Below, in pieces: positions 18,413 through 26,207 of a stretch of DNA of 64,000 nt. This stretch comes from Prevotellaceae bacterium UBA2744. Lineage in GTDB: Bacteria; Bacteroidota; Bacteroidia; Bacteroidales; Bacteroidaceae. Both the position numbers and the translations under genes were made by a program. Location: positions 118,164 to 182,163 of the forward strand of contig DEJQ01000019.1 in the NCBI GenBank assembly GCA_002353575.1. The letters are read 5' to 3'. Positions within the stretch are counted from its first letter, which is position 1. Each line of letters starts with the position of its first letter. The notes below the pieces were generated by a model that had not been told where the DNA came from, did not search any database, and saw only the letters and a program-made list of their open reading frames with translations.

Positions 18413-20263
18413 CTACCTGCCGAAGAGTTTGCGGATGAGGTCGGGACGGCCGATGCGGCGCAGCTCGGCGATGATGCGCGGCTGCTCCTCACGCTTGTAC
18501 CAGAAGAAGAACTGGCGCTGGGCGAGCTTGTCGCGCTGGGTCCTGGCAGAATAGACGGGCTCGAGGGTGTAGGGATGCAGCCCGGTGTACCACGTCTCGG
18601 TGGCTACGGTCATGGGCGTGGGGGTGAAGTCCTGCACCTGCTCCAGGTGGAAGTCGAGGCCCTTCGTGATGATGGCAAGCTCTGCCATGTCTTCGTCGGT
18701 GCTGCCGGGATGACTGGAGATGAAGTAGGGGATGAGCTGCTGGCGCAGTCCGTGGCGGCGGCAGGTGTCGTCGAAGATGCGCTTGAAGTCGTAGAAGAGG
18801 CTGAAGGGGGGCTTGCGCATCTGGCGGAGCACGCGGTCGGAGGTGTGCTCGGGTGCCACCTTCAGGCGTCCGCTGACGTGGCGCGTGATGAGTTCCTCGG
18901 TGTAGCGGCGGTTGGCTGCGTTCGCCTTGTCGCTGCCCGCATCGTGCAGGAGCAGGTCGTAGCGCACTCCGCTGCCTATGAAGCTTTTCTTTATGCCCTT
19001 CACGGCATCGACGGCATGGTAGATGTCGAGCAGGCGCGAGTGGTCGGTGTCCAGGTTGCGGCATATCTGCGGATGGATGCACGAGGGCCGCTTGCACTTG
19101 TGGCAGAGGCTGAGGTCGCGGCCGTGCATGGCATACATGTTGGCAGAGGGTCCGCCCAGGTCGCTGAGGTAGCCCTTGAAGTCGTCCATGTGCGTGATCT
19201 GCTCCACTTCGCGCAGTATGCTCTCCTTGCTGCGCGAGGTGATGAACTTGCCCTGGTGGGCAGAGATGGTGCAGAAGGCGCAGCCGCCGAAGCATCCGCG
19301 GTGGAGCGTGACGCTGTGCTTTATCATCTCGTAGGCGGGTATGCGCTTGCCCTTGTATTTCGGGTGGGGCAGACGGGTGTAGGGCAGGTCGAACGAGCGG
19401 TCGAGCTCGGTCTGGCTCATGGGCTGGTAGGGCGGGTTGACGACTACCCAGCGGCCGCCTGTCTGCTGCAGTATGCGCTGTGCATCGTACTTGTTCGACT
19501 CCTCCTCGATGTGGCGGAAGTTCTCAGCCTGTGCCCGCTTGTTGCGCAGGCATTCCTCGTGGCTGTGCAGCACGATGTCGTCGGGCCGTATGCCCCGCGG
19601 AATCTCGCCCTCGTCCATCACCATCACGGTCTGCTGCTGCGGGTGGCGCATCATGAGCTGGCGGAAGAGACGGACGTCGATCTCGCAGTCCTGTTCCATG
19701 AGCAGGCGGGCGATGGCGGTGTTGTTCTTCTCGCCCATGCCGTAGGTGAGCAGGTCGGCGCCCGAGGTGTAGAGTATCGAGGGCAGCAGCTTGTCCTGCC
19801 AGTAGTCGTAGTGTGTGAGCCGTCGCAGCGAGGCTTCGATGCCGCCGATGAGCACGGGCACGTCGGGGAAGAGCTGCTTCAGAATCCGGGTATAGACGAC
19901 GGTGGGGTAGTCGGGCCGCAGTCCCATGCGTCCGTCGGGCGAATAGGCATCCTCGCTGCGCAGGCGACGGTTGGCGGTGTATTTGTTCACCATCGAATCC
20001 ATGCACCCGGGCGAAATGCCGAAGAAGAGCCGCGGACGCCCCAGCTTCTTGAAGTCGCGCCAGTCGCCGTGCCAGTCGGGTTGCGGCACGATGGCAACGC
20101 GCAGTCCCTCAGCCTCGAGCACACGCCCAATGACGGCTGCCCCGAACGAGGGGTGATCGACATAGGCATCGCCCGAGAAGAGGATGACATCCAGCCGGTC
20201 CCAGCCTCTCAGTTCACACTCTTTCTTCGTCGTAGGCAAAAAACTATTCAGTGTATAATGCAT
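18413..20263 (-). CDS. ygiQ: YgiQ-family radical SAM protein (UPF0313)
   Basis: 616 aa with N-terminus ..FLPTTKKECELRGWDRLDVILFSGDAYVDHPSFGAAVIGRVLE.. and radical-SAM cluster motif CFGGCAFC (CxxxCxxC). Confidence 0.9.
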   Translation of the reverse strand: MHYTLNSFLPTTKKECELRGWDRLDVILFSGDAYVDHPSFGAAVIGRVLEAEGLRVAIVPQPDWHGDWRDFKKLGRPRLFFGISPGCMDSMVNKYTANRRLRSEDAYSPDGRMGLRPDYPTVVYTRILKQLFPDVPVLIGGIEASLRRLTHYDYWQDKLLPSILYTSGADLLTYGMGEKNNTAIARLLMEQDCEIDVRLFRQLMMRHPQQQTVMVMDEGEIPRGIRPDDIVLHSHEECLRNKRAQAENFRHIEEESNKYDAQRILQQTGGRWVVVNPPYQPMSQTELDRSFDLPYTRLPHPKYKGKRIPAYEMIKHSVTLHRGCFGGCAFCTISAHQGKFITSRSKESILREVEQITHMDDFKGYLSDLGGPSANMYAMHGRDLSLCHKCKRPSCIHPQICRNLDTDHSRLLDIYHAVDAVKGIKKSFIGSGVRYDLLLHDAGSDKANAANRRYTEELITRHVSGRLKVAPEHTSDRVLRQMRKPPFSLFYDFKRIFDDTCRRHGLRQQLIPYFISSHPGSTDEDMAELAIITKGLDFHLEQVQDFTPTPMTVATETWYTGLHPYTLEPVYSARTQRDKLAQRQFFFWYKREEQPRIIAELRRIGRPDLIRKLFGR

Positions 20264-20264
20264 A

Positions 20265-20327
20265 TTCAGGTTTCAGGATTCGGGTTTCAGGTTTCAGGAT
20301 TCAAGTTTCAGGTTTCAGGATTCAGGT
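20265..20327. repeat. Nine tandem heptamers (plus strand TTCAGGT/TTCAGGA; minus strand ACCTGAA/TCCTGAA) with a 21-bp superperiod
   Basis: Read directly: TTCAGGT TTCAGGA TTCGGGT | TTCAGGT TTCAGGA TTCAAGT | TTCAGGT TTCAGGA TTCAGGT. It fills 63 of the 65 nt between the upstream stop codon (20329-20331) and the ygiQ ATG (20261-20263). Confidence 0.9.
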
Positions 20328-20328
20328 T

Positions 20329-23145
20329 CTATTTTCTTAGGAATGCCATGAAGGCGGTGACGAGCTGCTGCATCTGCGAGTAGTCTTTCATGCTCTCGAG
20401 CGGGAAGCCCAGCTTGACGTATCGCTGCTGGCGGTCGCTGGCTACGGCTGCCGCATATCCGTTGCTGTACTGCAGTATGGCGAAGGCATTGCCCGCGGGC
20501 TGCGGCACGGTCACTGTGGGCACGGCATAGCTCCTGTCGTTCATCTCGCGCCAGATGTCGAATGTGAGTCCGCACCCCCTGACTCCCGTCACCGACTTGT
20601 CCGCGACGGCATAGTCGCAGATGTTCGCACCGCTGATGATAGCCCTGCCGCCAAGGTCGATGTATTTGCTGACGAGATGCGACGTGGTGGAGTTGAAACG
20701 CTTCTGCACTCCGTAGTATATGTCCAGGAAGGGATATTCCGTGAGGATGTCCTCAGCCGTGGTGAACCGGTCCATGAAGGCTGCTTCGCTGACCGATGCG
20801 AACGAGTGGCCCGAGGCGAGCAGCGCCCGTCCGTGGATGGCGGCATAGTCGAAGGTGTTGCCCATGACGACCTTGCCCTCCAGCTCCGAACCGCTCATTC
20901 CGAGAGCGTCGTCGCCCGACTTGCCCGCCTTCGACTTGGCAAAGGAGAGCTGGCGACCGCAGAATCCGGCAAACTTGCCGTACTGGATGCCCGGGTCGAG
21001 GTCGAGGTCGAAGCCCTGCAGCGAATCGGTGTCGATGCTCTGCGGACCCTCCAGCCGCGTGAAGGCATTCACGACGAGTGTCGTGCCGCGGTTCTCGGGC
21101 GATACGCCCGCAGCCAGTACCTCCGACGGGAAACTCTCGCCGCCGCGGTTCAGGGCCGTCACCTTGAACGAATAGACATATCCGGGCTGCAGGGGCACGT
21201 CGCACTGGGTGCCGCTGACGACCGTGCCGTTGTCGAAATCCATCGCCCCCATGCGGGTATAGACGACGTAGCGCTGCGCCGTGGCAGTGGGCTCAAGCGG
21301 GTCGGCAGTGGGCTGCCAGCTCAGGCGGGCAGTCTGCTGCGTAGGGTCGAGCGTCACGCTGAAGTGGCTTACCGGCAGGGGCTGTATGACGTAGTCGCGG
21401 CTATGCTGGCGAGCCACGAACTTCACGATGGTCTTGTAGATGGAGCGGCACAGGTCGAACTTGAACTTAGGGTCGTAGCCCAGTCGCATATCGTAGAAAT
21501 TCTGGTGTGAAAGCATCTCAAGGATGCAGGCGGGAATCTGCGGTTCGCGGGCCTCGCCATAGTCGCGGTTCCACAGCTTGCGTGCCGGCAGCCCGTACTC
21601 CCGCAGGTCGGTCGTCAGGTTCGTCAGGAGCATACTGGCAAGGTCGCGCGAGACGTAGCGGTCGAGCCCCGCACCCGTCAGTCCGTCGTTGTAGTTCGTC
21701 ATATAGATGGCGAGCGGACCCAGCAGCTCGCCGTTCATGCGATAGCCGGCATCGGTGTGGAAGGCTATGTTCAGTTCGAGCGGCACGCGGCGGCCGTCCG
21801 TCTGCCCGGGGTTATACACACTGCCGCCTGAAAGGAGATTGATGGCGGCAGAGCGGCTGTTTATGTCGTTCTTGTAATCATCATCTGCAAACTTCCCGCT
21901 GTGCACCCTGTGCGGAAAACCATACCACAGGGCAGAGTACTTCGCACCCTCAGCCCAGCGAGGCAGCCCGCTCCGGCAGACCGTCCCGCTGACCGAGTCG
22001 CAGACGGCGTAGTTGCTCATGCCCCCTCCGAAGCGGACTGCATCGGCAGAGACCACACCGCGGTGGGCACTCACGTTGCTCAGCGTAACCCTGTCGGACG
22101 AATGCAGACCGGGGGCGAACTCGAACGTGCCGAGATAGACCCACGTGCTGCCGCCCATCTGCTGGTTGACGCGAAACTCCGTCGCGCCGCCCTTGTGATA
22201 GACCGTGTAGTGAGCATCGGGCACACTGTTCTCGAACGACTGGTACGACACATACACGGCATACTGCCCCGCCTCGGGAATGTCCGGAGTCCACTCCGCC
22301 AGCGAAGCCTCATTCTCGTTGCTGACCGCGGGGATGTATCGGCCCGTTCCGCTGCAAAACGGACTGTCGCATTCCTGATAGAACTCCCGTCCGCCCATGA
22401 ATCCGGCAACGGGCGAAGTCTGCCACTCGCGCCTTCTGCTCCTGGCGGTCTCGGCATAGGAGCCGCCCTGCTGCGGGGTGTCGTTGTCGATTATCACCTC
22501 GCCCGTCTGCCAGTCGCGCTCGCGAGGGGTGAACACTACGGCACCCGCATTCTGCAGCATCGGGATGATGTAGGGCACGACGAACGTCTGGCTGAACAGG
22601 TCCTCCGTCGTGCAGAACAGACGCGGACGCTGCCATTCCCACAGACCCTTCTTCGCGTTCCAGTAGCGGCCGTGACTCTGCCACAGCGACACGTGGCAGC
22701 CATCGAGCCCGCCGGGAGCAGAGTAGGGGCGCGACACATTCCTCACCCAGGGCTCGCCCCTGTACTCCTCCTTCCACAGACGATTGCCGTCGATGCCGCC
22801 CCTGCGGAAGAAATTAGGCACGAGCTCCTCGATAGGGCGGTCCTCGGTCACGATGCTGAGATTGTACCGCCTGTATTCCTCGGGCAGGAAACTGCGCACG
22901 CGGCTATAGATGGAGTCCACCACGACGGGCGTGAAATGCTGTTCCTGAAAACCGCCGCCGATGGTCACCGTGACGGTCTTCCCATCCTTGTCAACACTAC
23001 ACCCCTTCAGCGTAGGCGGAGCCGTGACGGCATCCCATCGCTGATAATCATCCAACCAGTCAAAAAGTTTTTGTTCGAGCGTCTGTGCCGGTGCAGCCGT
23101 CCAGCTGCACATTATAAATACTAAAGAAAGAAATCTGAATTTCAT
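20329..23145 (-). CDS. Large secreted protein with golvesin-C-like and MurNAc-L-Ala amidase (Amidase_3)-like regions (often auto-annotated 'xanthan lyase')
   Basis: 938 aa with signal peptide MKFRFLSLVFIMCSWTAAPAQ. ..AGQYAVYVSYQSFENSVPDAHYTVYHKGGATEFRVNQQMGGSTWVYLGTFEF.. is golvesin-C style. ..NIAFHTDAG...LAIYMT...SRDLASMLLTNL...IPACILEMLSHQNFYDM.. resembles the Amidase_3 zinc-site and core pattern. Assignment by motif recall only. Confidence 0.5.
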   Translation of the reverse strand: MKFRFLSLVFIMCSWTAAPAQTLEQKLFDWLDDYQRWDAVTAPPTLKGCSVDKDGKTVTVTIGGGFQEQHFTPVVVDSIYSRVRSFLPEEYRRYNLSIVTEDRPIEELVPNFFRRGGIDGNRLWKEEYRGEPWVRNVSRPYSAPGGLDGCHVSLWQSHGRYWNAKKGLWEWQRPRLFCTTEDLFSQTFVVPYIIPMLQNAGAVVFTPRERDWQTGEVIIDNDTPQQGGSYAETARSRRREWQTSPVAGFMGGREFYQECDSPFCSGTGRYIPAVSNENEASLAEWTPDIPEAGQYAVYVSYQSFENSVPDAHYTVYHKGGATEFRVNQQMGGSTWVYLGTFEFAPGLHSSDRVTLSNVSAHRGVVSADAVRFGGGMSNYAVCDSVSGTVCRSGLPRWAEGAKYSALWYGFPHRVHSGKFADDDYKNDINSRSAAINLLSGGSVYNPGQTDGRRVPLELNIAFHTDAGYRMNGELLGPLAIYMTNYNDGLTGAGLDRYVSRDLASMLLTNLTTDLREYGLPARKLWNRDYGEAREPQIPACILEMLSHQNFYDMRLGYDPKFKFDLCRSIYKTIVKFVARQHSRDYVIQPLPVSHFSVTLDPTQQTARLSWQPTADPLEPTATAQRYVVYTRMGAMDFDNGTVVSGTQCDVPLQPGYVYSFKVTALNRGGESFPSEVLAAGVSPENRGTTLVVNAFTRLEGPQSIDTDSLQGFDLDLDPGIQYGKFAGFCGRQLSFAKSKAGKSGDDALGMSGSELEGKVVMGNTFDYAAIHGRALLASGHSFASVSEAAFMDRFTTAEDILTEYPFLDIYYGVQKRFNSTTSHLVSKYIDLGGRAIISGANICDYAVADKSVTGVRGCGLTFDIWREMNDRSYAVPTVTVPQPAGNAFAILQYSNGYAAAVASDRQQRYVKLGFPLESMKDYSQMQQLVTAFMAFLRK

Positions 23146-23198
23146 TTGTCTGCGTCTTATTTTTTTTCACTCCTCACATGAGCAGTAACTTGGATTTT

Positions 23199-23222
23199 TC
23201 ACTTCCTCACTTCCTCACTTCC
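23199..23222. repeat. Three tandem octamers TCACTTCC (minus strand GGAAGTGA), plus a degenerate TCACTCCTCACA at 23167-23178
   Basis: Read directly. The third unit contains the plug gene stop codon (TGA, 23215-23217) and its last two codons. Confidence 0.7.
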
Positions 23223-24471
23223 CGATGCTATAAGTATGTTTCTGGAAACCTACCAGCCGGTCGTATCTCTCTCCGAAGGGACGGTGATACACATACACCC
23301 AGTATTCGTTCTCGGTCTGGTGGAAACTGCCCTCCGTCTGCGCGGACTGTCCCACCGTCTCGCCGTCATACACAAAGAGATACTGGTAATTGTACGAGCC
23401 CTGCTTCAGCGGCTTCACTATCTCGTAGCAGTGGTCAATCAGATTATACACCATCTTATTGTCCTCGGTCAGCAGGCCGTTGGTCAGGTCGCCGTTGAGA
23501 TATACGTCGCCGCCGGCAATGGGCGGACTGACCAGACGGAAGTGCGTGTAGAAATAGTCGCTCTCCGTCTCGTTACGCTCGTTCTTCCCGTTGCGTATCC
23601 AGTAGCGTCCGTCCTGGTCCTGGTCGTAGAGATAGCGGTATCGCTGGGCGTCGTCGAACAGCGTGGCATGATAGTACGGAGCATTGTACGACATCTTGAA
23701 TACCCTCATCGTGGGCACATACTCGTCGAGAATCTCGAAGCGGCGGTATTCGTTCCCGCCCTCGAAGATAAGGTCCCGGTTGTGGGTATATACCACTTCG
23801 CCGTTCCTGAGATACGATGGCTTCATGCCGCTGACATGATTGTCCCAGCGGCGGTTCTGCACCACGACGGGGTAGAAGTCCTCGGCTGGAGTCTGCACCT
23901 TATATCCCTGGTAGTTCACCGTGAAGTCCAGCTGCTGGTGAGCATCCCACGTGTCTATGTCGGTATTCCCGCTCACGCTGACAGCGACGCTCACCCTCGG
24001 CTCCAGGACAGAGAAATAGACCTGAGCCACCAGTTCGTCGTCGTTGTCGTCGTTCACGATGTCTATGCGGTAGTTGCCCGACAGCTTCAGCTGTACGTCG
24101 TTGTTCGGAATGGTAAAGCGGTAGTGGTTGTACTCCATCATCGTGTTCATCGACACGTCGTAGTCCTCAATCCTCTGCCCGTTGAATCCGTTCATGTATT
24201 CGTTGGCTATCAGCTCGCTCTCGGTCCAGTCGGCATTGCAGTGGATGATGTTGTATTCGTATCTCACGAAATTATGCTGCAGGTCGTCGAACGAAACCTC
24301 GAGCCAGTTGCTGCCGCCATACAGCAACACAGGCGCCTCGCCCCAGTTGCCGTTCACCTTTGCCTGCAGTGTCTTTATGTTGCCCACGAGCGGAGTGCTG
24401 ACCTGGGCATTCAGCCCGCCATGCAGCAGGGAGCATAATGTAAACAGTAAAAATGCGATAAGCTTTTTCAT
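23215..24471 (-). CDS. DUF5103-like protein, probable type IX secretion system 'plug' protein
   Basis: Signal peptide MKKLIAFLLFTLCSLLHGGLNAQ. ..LEVSFDDLQHNFVRYEYNIIHCNADWTESELIANEYMNGFNGQRIEDY..YNHYRFTIPN.. matches my recollection of the DUF5103/T9SS-plug first domain. Start moved to ATG 24471 because a TAGCTTTG -7 box (24490-24497) overlaps the longer ORF start. Confidence 0.5.
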   Translation of the reverse strand: MKKLIAFLLFTLCSLLHGGLNAQVSTPLVGNIKTLQAKVNGNWGEAPVLLYGGSNWLEVSFDDLQHNFVRYEYNIIHCNADWTESELIANEYMNGFNGQRIEDYDVSMNTMMEYNHYRFTIPNNDVQLKLSGNYRIDIVNDDNDDELVAQVYFSVLEPRVSVAVSVSGNTDIDTWDAHQQLDFTVNYQGYKVQTPAEDFYPVVVQNRRWDNHVSGMKPSYLRNGEVVYTHNRDLIFEGGNEYRRFEILDEYVPTMRVFKMSYNAPYYHATLFDDAQRYRYLYDQDQDGRYWIRNGKNERNETESDYFYTHFRLVSPPIAGGDVYLNGDLTNGLLTEDNKMVYNLIDHCYEIVKPLKQGSYNYQYLFVYDGETVGQSAQTEGSFHQTENEYWVYVYHRPFGERYDRLVGFQKHTYSIGK

Positions 24472-24489
24472 TGCCTCGATAAATTTCTG

Positions 24490-24497
24490 CAAAGCTA
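24490..24497 (-). promoter_or_regulatory. -7 promoter box TAGCTTTG (minus strand) for plug / amidase-like / ygiQ operon
   Basis: Plus strand CAAAGCTA, 19 nt upstream of ATG 24471. Confidence 0.45.
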
Positions 24498-24520
24498 CTC
24501 ATTTTTTGCAAATTCATGCG

Positions 24521-24528
24521 TACCTTTG
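24521..24528 (+). promoter_or_regulatory. -7 promoter box TACCTTTG for ModF-like ABC ATPase gene
   Basis: Exact TAnnTTTG match, 24 nt upstream of ATG 24552. Confidence 0.5.
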
Positions 24529-24551
24529 CACCATAATTTACAAATGTGAAT

Positions 24552-26138
24552 ATGCAGAAGGTAATAGAAATACACAACGGAATAGCGCGAAACCCCATGT
24601 TCCGATTCCGTACACCCATTGAGTTCGAGATAAATGCAGGCGAACACATTGCCATCGTCGGTCCCAACGGCGGCGGCAAGAGTATGCTGGTCGATATCCT
24701 CACCGGCGCACACCCGCTTCAGCCCATGAACGACGTGAAGTACGACTTCCGTCCGTCGAAGGCAAAGATGGTAAGCGACAACATCAAGTACATGACGTTC
24801 CGCGATTCCTACGGCACCACCGACGGAACCTACTACTATCAGCAGCGATGGAACCAGAACGACATAGACGAGACCCCGCTGGTCAGCGACCTGCTCGACG
24901 AGTCGTTCCGCATTGCCGAGAACGGACTCATCCGCAAAACTGTCTTCGACAAGTTCATAGTCCGCGACGAGAGCGCCGAGGAAGAGGCAGCCCGACTGGC
25001 CCAGGAGGAGGCAGACCGCAAGGCCATGCACGAAGAACTCTCGAAGGTGCGCCGCCGCCTCTATGATATGTTCCATCTCGAACTGCTCGAAGACAAACAC
25101 GTCATCATGCTCAGTTCAGGCGAGTTGCGCAAGTTCCAGATGACCAAGACGCTCATGACCAATCCGCGTGTGCTCATCATGGACAACCCCTTCATCGGTC
25201 TCGACGCAGGAGCACGCCAGCAGCTGCACGACTTCCTGAAGATTCTCACCGACGAAACGAACATCACTGTCGTCCTCGTGCTGTCGAAGAGCGACGACAT
25301 CCCTGAATTCATCACTCATGTCTATCAGGTCCGCGACATGACAGTGCTGCCGAAGCAGACCCTTGCCGAATACCGCCAGTCGGTATCTCCCGTACCCAGC
25401 CGTATGCTGACCGACGAGAAGCGCGACCGCATCCTTGCACTGCCCTCCGAATCCGAACCGCCGTCTGCCGACGGGAATATCCTCGAATTCGACAATGTCA
25501 ACATACGCTATGGCACACGTACCATACTGAAAGACCTCAACCTGACCGTTCGCAACGGTGAGCACTGGGCTCTCTCTGGCGAAAACGGCTCCGGCAAGTC
25601 AACCCTCCTCAGCATCGTCTGTGCCGACAACCCCCAGGCCTATGCCAACAACATCACACTCTTCGGACACAAACGCGGGTCGGGCGAAAGCATTTGGGAC
25701 ATCAAACGACACATCGGTTACATATCGCCCGAGATGCACCGTGCATTCCAGCGCGACATACCCGCTATCGACATCGTGGCTTCGGGACAGAGCGACATGA
25801 ACGGACTCTACGTGAAACCCAAGTCGCCCGAGGCACGTCAGCGCTGCCTGTTCTGGATGTACATATTCGGAGTGGCACAGCACGCCGACACCACTTTCCT
25901 GAAACTCTCTTCAGGCGAACAGCGACTGGTGCTGCTGGCACGCGCCTTCGTCAAGGACCCCTCGCTGCTCATCCTCGACGAACCCCTCCACGGACTCGAC
26001 CTGCTGAACCGCCGACTCGTGAAGGACGTGATAGAGACCTTCTGCAGCCGACAAAACAAAACACTCATCATGGTGACACACTACAAGGAAGAACTGCCTA
26101 AATGTATCGACCATTCCATTTTCTTGACACGGAATTAG
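24552..26138 (+). CDS. ModF-like soluble tandem ABC ATPase (two ATP-binding cassettes, no membrane domain)
   Basis: Two Walker A sites (GPNGGGKS, GENGSGKS), two signature/Walker B sets (LSSGELRK..IMDNP, LSSGEQRL..LILDEP) and ..ITLFGHKRGSGESIWDIKRHIGYISPE.., as in E. coli ModF (recalled). ATG 24552 preferred over GTG 24546. Confidence 0.8.
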   Translation: MQKVIEIHNGIARNPMFRFRTPIEFEINAGEHIAIVGPNGGGKSMLVDILTGAHPLQPMNDVKYDFRPSKAKMVSDNIKYMTFRDSYGTTDGTYYYQQRWNQNDIDETPLVSDLLDESFRIAENGLIRKTVFDKFIVRDESAEEEAARLAQEEADRKAMHEELSKVRRRLYDMFHLELLEDKHVIMLSSGELRKFQMTKTLMTNPRVLIMDNPFIGLDAGARQQLHDFLKILTDETNITVVLVLSKSDDIPEFITHVYQVRDMTVLPKQTLAEYRQSVSPVPSRMLTDEKRDRILALPSESEPPSADGNILEFDNVNIRYGTRTILKDLNLTVRNGEHWALSGENGSGKSTLLSIVCADNPQAYANNITLFGHKRGSGESIWDIKRHIGYISPEMHRAFQRDIPAIDIVASGQSDMNGLYVKPKSPEARQRCLFWMYIFGVAQHADTTFLKLSSGEQRLVLLARAFVKDPSLLILDEPLHGLDLLNRRLVKDVIETFCSRQNKTLIMVTHYKEELPKCIDHSIFLTRN

Positions 26139-26180
26139 TCAAATATCTTTTCCTGTTTTCATAGTTACACAAAAATCATC

Positions 26181-26188
26181 TATCTTTG
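26181..26188 (+). promoter_or_regulatory. -7 promoter box TATCTTTG for glnS
   Basis: Exact TAnnTTTG match, 20 nt upstream of ATG 26208. Confidence 0.5.
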
Positions 26189-26207
26189 CAAAAAAAATAA
26201 CAACATA

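Noticed and set aside
18392-20383. 663-aa ORF on the plus strand spanning the whole ygiQ locus and the heptamer array.
   Set aside because: It is exactly antisense to a gene with clear YgiQ and radical-SAM motifs. The translation is low-complexity (A/G/V/L/E/H-rich), as expected from stop-poor antisense frames of GC3-rich genes. It has no start context or promoter box.
20677-23124. 277-aa and 407-aa plus-strand ORFs (20677-21510 and 21901-23124), plus many smaller ORFs, over the 938-aa gene.
   Set aside because: Antisense shadows in the GC-rich block. The sense frame carries a signal peptide and domain motifs; these do not.
23236-24438. 400-aa plus-strand ORF opposite the T9SS plug-like gene.
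   Set aside because: Its V/L/H-rich repetitive translation is typical of the antisense of a D/N/Y/E-rich gene. The minus-strand frame has the signal peptide, promoter box and family motifs.
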